From the NCBI RefSeq assembly GCF_006345805.1, contig NC_043009.1, positions 21,080,001 to 21,144,000 on the forward strand: 64,000 nt of DNA, read 5' to 3'. This document shows, piece by piece, positions 58,960 to 64,000 of the stretch. The notes beneath the pieces were generated by a model. It did not search any database. It worked only from the letters and a program-made list of their open reading frames with translations, and was not told the DNA's origin. How positions within the stretch are numbered: position 1 is the first letter of the stretch; the number at the start of each line of letters is the position of its first letter. The DNA is from Octopus sinensis (taxonomy: Eukaryota). The position numbers and the translations under genes were made by a program.

Positions 58960-60300
58960 AAAACATGCCATAGTTCTGGAGCTGTTTCCTCTTAAAATGG
59001 AGAAGTAGAGGCTTGACCTGGAGAGACTCCTTGATCTCCAAGCTATGCACTCTGTCTAGTAATGTTACTCCAGATGTTCTGTGGAAGAATCCCATTTCAG
59101 TTGCTTGTGTTCATGATCAAATGACTCTTTTGGACATTACCCAATGTTCATAACTACAGATGAGGATAGACAAAGAAACCAGACTGAACAGAGTGAGTCT
59201 GGCTCTTTTACCTGTCTCTTTCCTTTTGAGGACCAAATTCTGGAGCTGGTGAATTACTGTTCCAGCCCCTGCAATTCCAGCATCCAATTCAGCCCCCTGC
59301 TTCCTATCAATCATGACTACAGCCAGAGATATATAACTTTTTCATTTGTTTCAGTGATGTTCCACTAACATGAAGAATGCACTGGGAAGACTTGATTGGG
59401 AGGACCAATGTCTTTGCAACACTAATTCTCATCCCTGCCTTGCAGTACTTGGCTGCAAACCCATTCAATGCATGCTGGATGGAGATGATGTTTTAATGAG
59501 CCAAGCAGCACCATGTCATCTGCAAATATCAGTTGACCAATCTTACACCCACCAATTGTGATACCACTTCTTCAATGGCTACAATCCAGTTCATACAAAT
59601 TATGAAAAGGAGAGATGACAGTACATACCCTTGTCAACGTCCAACACCCATGTTGAAAGGTTTTGTTTTAGTTCAATTAACCTGAGCATAGACATTTTAG
59701 CATTTGTATAGGGACTTTATAGCAACCAGGAATTGCTCATTAATTTCAAACACTAGAAAAACCTTCCACAGCATGACCCACAGTACACAATCATATGCCT
59801 TTTTGAGGTCTACGAAGCAAGCATATATCTCTTGGCAATATTCCCATGATTTCCTGAAGACCTTGAGTGAATATCTGGTAGGCCCTGCTGTGTCCAGGAT
59901 AGAAGCCACACTGTTTTTCAGCTAGCTTTGGCTTAACAATTTCTCTACATATCTTTTTCCAGATACTTGGCGTAGACTTCACCAGGGAGGGAGACTCAAC
60001 CAGGGAATTAATCTATAATTAGACTAGTCTCTTGACTTTTTAAAAATTGGAATAATCACCTTGCTTTCTTGTGATTCAAACCACCTGGCATACATGAACC
60101 AGCCAGAGAATACCTTCTCTATTTAAGGTTTTTGACAGCTGAGGCAGAAATTCATCCTTCCCAGTGGCCTTGCCACATTTGAAGTGCTTTAATCATCTCT
60201 TTGACTTCAGTGTCTGTGAGATTAGTTTTCGGCTCTCAATATATCTGATGTCCATCACAAGATTTTATCATAACTGGATTTAGATCAAGAAAGCAGCCTC
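58960..60300 (-). mobile_element. Decayed RTE-like LINE RT region
   Basis: EKQCGFYPG, CFVDLKKAYDCV, GV.RQG.VLS.LLF, GVTLLDRV motifs. Confidence 0.75.
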
Positions 60301-60539
60301 TCCTCCTACCATGTATGCTCTTCTCTCTGCATCTCAATTCAGTTCATAAAATTATGAAAAGGAGAGGTGACAATATGCACTCCTGTTGAAGTCCAACACC
60401 TACAGGAAAGAATCATGATACAGGTTCTTCAAGGTAAGCCAACTGGTGGGAGACCACGTGTGAGATGGTTGGATAACAGCCTAAGTTGCTTACACTTGGG
60501 AATCTAGGTTTTAATAATAATAATAATAATAATAATAAT

Positions 60540-62285
60540 TGTGTACAGTGCTCAGGTGCACTACAACTCATCTAAAGTGTATATATAATCAGGTGTAGTT
60601 TCGGCGGATTTCGGAAAGCATGAGGGCCTTAAAAGATGCAGTGTCATGGCAGTCAACAACTGACGCAGGCAGTTTATTCCATGCTTCAGCAACTCTGAGC
60701 GTGAAAAAATGTTTCCGAAAGTCATGAGAGCTGTATTGTTTTCTGACTTTGTAGGCATGTCCACGTGTGTTAGACACATGGAGATCAAAAAGGTGTTCAG
60801 TGTTGTTGTTGGTGAGGTGGTTGATAACTTTGTGGGTGTTTACCAAGTCCGTCGCCAGACGCCGGAGCTTCAGTGAATCCATGCCCAGGGAAACAAGGCG
60901 CTCAGAATATGGTAGGTGTCTGATGGAGGGTATGTGTTTGGTTGCACGTCTCTGGACAGATTCCAGGAGGTCAATGTTCTGTGCAAGATAGGGGTTCCAA
61001 ACTGATGATGCAAATTCCAAGTGTGGTCGTACCATAGCTGTATACAGTTTTAAATAGATGGCTGGAGAGCGGCTAACAAAAGACCTGCTGAGTGATGCCA
61101 AGACACCCTCGGCCTTCCTGACAATCTTAGAGATATGCTTTGTCCAACGCAAATCACTGCTGACAGTGATGCCTAGGTCACGCTCGCAAGAGGATTTCTT
61201 GATATCAGTGTTGTGGAGGGAGTATGTGAACGCAGGGTTTTTTCTCCCAAAATGCATGGTGGTACACTTGTCCACAGCCAGTTTCAGTTGCCAGTCTGTG
61301 ATCCATTGCTGCATTGTGTCTAGGTCTGATTGCAGGAAAGAGTTGTAGACATCAGGATCTGTCCTCTTGATTTCAAGGTACAGCTTGATGTCGTCTGCAT
61401 ATTTCAATACTGTGGCATTCTTTAAATTGGCATCTATGTCGTTAATGTATGCCACAAACAAGAGGGGACCAAGGACAGATCCCTGTGGTACACCCGATGA
61501 CATCTCATATAGTGTAGAGTGCTGTCCTAGAACTGTGACAACCTCCTTTCGGCTGAGGATGAAGGATTTCAACCAGTTAAAAAGGTCATCCCCCACACCC
61601 ATTGCAGAGAGTTTCACCATAAGCCTTTTGTGTGGCACAGAGTTGAAAGCCTTAGCAAAGTCAAGGTAGACAACATCCACCCATGAGCCACTGTCAGTAA
61701 TCTGAGTAATGTCCTCAAGGAACTCGACAAGCTGGTCACTGCAGCTGGAGTTAGGGACAAATCCATATTGTGAGGGTCGGATGAGACTGTGAGAGCTCCA
61801 GAAGTTCCAGAGTGTTTCTCTGACACACGATTCCATCAGTTTTGCAATACAGCTAGTGAGACTGACTGGGCGATAGTTGACAGGTGATGTGCGGTCGCCC
61901 TTTTTGAACAGAGGAATGACACTGGCAGTTTTCCACTGCTCCGGAGTAGCACCATTGTTGAGACAGTACTGGAAGAAAATAGAAAGCTGGTGTAAAAGGA
62001 AGTGCCTGCCACGTTTGAGAAGCAGGTATGTAACTCCATCGAGACCAGGGGAGGCATAGTTGCGCTTATTTTGAAGGTGACGTCGCAGCATTGCAGGTGT
62101 AAATTCCATAGTTGTTATGGAGTTTGCTGTTAGTGATGGTGAAGATGGTACATCTTGACTTTCAACAGTGAATATGTTTGCATAGCACTCGGCAATGAGT
62201 TCTGCGCATTCCTTGGGGTCGTCAGTGATCTGGTTTGTGTGAGGGTTGCGAAGAGGGCCCACTGGAGAGTGAGGTCTCTGCTTTA
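60540..62285 (-). mobile_element. 5'-truncated CR1-clade LINE with (TTA)n tail
   Basis: Open RT frame, short 3' UTR, (AAT)n at 60513-60539. Confidence 0.9.
60589..62262 (-). CDS. CR1-like reverse transcriptase, 557 codons open (endonuclease missing; start codon is GTG)
   Basis: SPGLDG, NYRPVSLTS, QYGF, YLDFAKAFNSVPH, SGVPQGSVLGPLLF, YADD, ERDLG, RPHLE, TRGH, FF..RV..WN.LP. Confidence 0.85.
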   Translation of the reverse strand: MGPLRNPHTNQITDDPKECAELIAECYANIFTVESQDVPSSPSLTANSITTMEFTPAMLRRHLQNKRNYASPGLDGVTYLLLKRGRHFLLHQLSIFFQYCLNNGATPEQWKTASVIPLFKKGDRTSPVNYRPVSLTSCIAKLMESCVRETLWNFWSSHSLIRPSQYGFVPNSSCSDQLVEFLEDITQITDSGSWVDVVYLDFAKAFNSVPHKRLMVKLSAMGVGDDLFNWLKSFILSRKEVVTVLGQHSTLYEMSSGVPQGSVLGPLLFVAYINDIDANLKNATVLKYADDIKLYLEIKRTDPDVYNSFLQSDLDTMQQWITDWQLKLAVDKCTTMHFGRKNPAFTYSLHNTDIKKSSCERDLGITVSSDLRWTKHISKIVRKAEGVLASLSRSFVSRSPAIYLKLYTAMVRPHLEFASSVWNPYLAQNIDLLESVQRRATKHIPSIRHLPYSERLVSLGMDSLKLRRLATDLVNTHKVINHLTNNNTEHLFDLHVSNTRGHAYKVRKQYSSHDFRKHFFTLRVAEAWNKLPASVVDCHDTASFKALMLSEIRRNYT

Positions 62286-62339
62286 CAGGATGGCATCATG
62301 CATAATGGTTGACATAGCAGCATCTTAGTCAGTTGTTAC

Positions 62340-63360
62340 AAAGGTAAAGGAAATGCCTTAGACAGAAGTAACTACAGAAATATCAATTTACTGGACCTAG
62401 TTTTGAGGGTCACTGAAAGGGAGTCATAGCCCAATTAATTAGGAACATAGTTAATGTAGATGAGCTGCAGTTTGGTTTTGTATGGAGAAAAGAACTACTG
62501 ACATTCTCTTTATAGTTCTACAGCTGCAGAAATATTTAGTAAAAAGTAAGCCATTGTATTTAGCATTCATCAACCTGGAGAAAGTCTTATGACAGGGTAC
62601 CTTGCTCCCTCATCTGGTGGGCACTGCAGAAACTAATAGTAGATGATTGGCTTGTGAGAGCTGTTCAAGCCATGTCTAGAGATATTGTCAGTAAAGAGAG
62701 TTAATAATGAGTACACCAATGCATTTAGTGTGCAGGTAGGAATTTGTCAGGGTTCGGTTACCAATACCTTCCTATTTATCATACTCCTCCAAGCAATAAT
62801 GGAAGAATTTAAGACTGGTTGCCTCTATGTTGATGACCTTATTCTTATAGCTGAAATGGTAGTAGACTTAGAAATGAAACTCCAGGTGTGGAAGCAAAAC
62901 CTGGAATCAAGGGGTCTTAAAGTTTATCTAGGAGGCTTAATTAGCTGTGGAGAACAATTCTCTGAAAGTGTAGTTACTAGAATGAGTACCAGCTGGAGAA
63001 GGTTCAGAGAATTTTACTCTATTGGAATCTCTCTATCTATGAACATCAGTGCTGTGTGGTTGGGAAACTTGGGTTGCAAATACAGAGGACATGTGAAGAC
63101 TAGAAAGAAATGAAACCAGTTGGCTCTGCTAGATGTTCAGTGTCAGTGTGCATATACAACTAAATACAAATGTGCTGAGAGAAAAATTGGGCATAAGAGG
63201 CATCAGATATGGTGTGAAGGAAAGAAGATTGCACTGGTGTTGTCAGGTGAGTATAAAGTTGTCTAAAGAAGTACCAATCACTAAACGTGGAACCTAGGAA
63301 GTGGTGAAAATTGAGTACAAAATGTCGAGAGTCTGAGGGGAAATGACAAGGAACTGAGAT
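62340..63360 (+). mobile_element. Decayed RTE-clade LINE RT region
   Basis: QFGF, F.NLEK.YDRVP, VGICQGSV, LYVDDLILIAE motifs. Confidence 0.75.
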
Positions 63361-63723
63361 GAATGGTGATATGCTGTGCTTCTCCACAGAACCAAGGTTC
63401 TGTCAAGCCTCATCTTCTAACACCCATTCTTCCATCAATCTTGTGTTACCCTATTTCCTTTCTTCACTTCTCCTTCACTGAACTGATATTCTCCTCTTCA
63501 TCCAACTTATTCCATATCTTTTACCATTTGCCACACCATTTTCACCCAGTGCACTTCTCTACTCATTTACCTTTCCTACTCCTCTACCCTATTCTCTCTC
63601 TCACATTCACTTTGAACCTTAATCTTTTCCTAAAATCTTTCCAAAACATCAATTTGCAACAAATTTTAGCAGAATTCAAAAACATATTTCTTCACATTTG
63701 AAAAAAATGTTTTTTTCTCTTGT

Positions 63724-63761
<38 letters not shown>

Positions 63762-64000
63762 CACCAAAAACCTCCTCACAAATAAAGTGCTAATGAAAAC
63801 AACCAACAAAGAACAGAAGAATACTTTTTGTTGGATTCCAAAGTAGATTTTTTAACAATAGTCCGAAAAAAACTATTTAAATAAACTGAGTGTTTTTATA
63901 GATTTAAAACCAAGTAAAATGTTCCCTTAAATAATGTATTGTTAGGGGTTTCTCCTTCACATCTGTAATCCACTCAGTAGGTAATTCCCTGTTTATAAGC

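Overview
AT-rich, repeat-dense animal genomic DNA; the SINE/LINE repertoire and microsatellites suggest a cephalopod (Octopus-like), which is an inference. One host gene runs on the minus strand across 58625->6660: a receptor-type protein tyrosine phosphatase. I could splice 16 GT-AG exons into one open frame (1991 nt, about 663 codons) covering the transmembrane helix, juxtamembrane region, D1 (HCSAGIGRSG, with WSD instead of WPD) and a degenerate D2 (HCLNGAERSG). The extracellular exons and the terminal exon were not found in the window. The introns hold a full-length Tx1/L1-clade LINE in an (AAT)n tract, Penelope-like, R4/Dong-like, RTE, CR1 and mariner relics, MITEs, probable Helitron ends and tRNA-derived SINEs. 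The most notable non-coding item is a 559-bp-period tandem element (44519-45452) with a minimal hammerhead ribozyme motif in each copy and a strongly self-complementary monomer, i.e. a retrozyme-like, possibly circRNA-producing element. Also notable: an LTR fused to a 50-nt copy of mature tRNA-Trp (9423-10241), and a 5'-inverted (twin-primed) LINE insertion with a perfect 10-bp TSD (34747-35820). All coordinates and alignments were read by eye.
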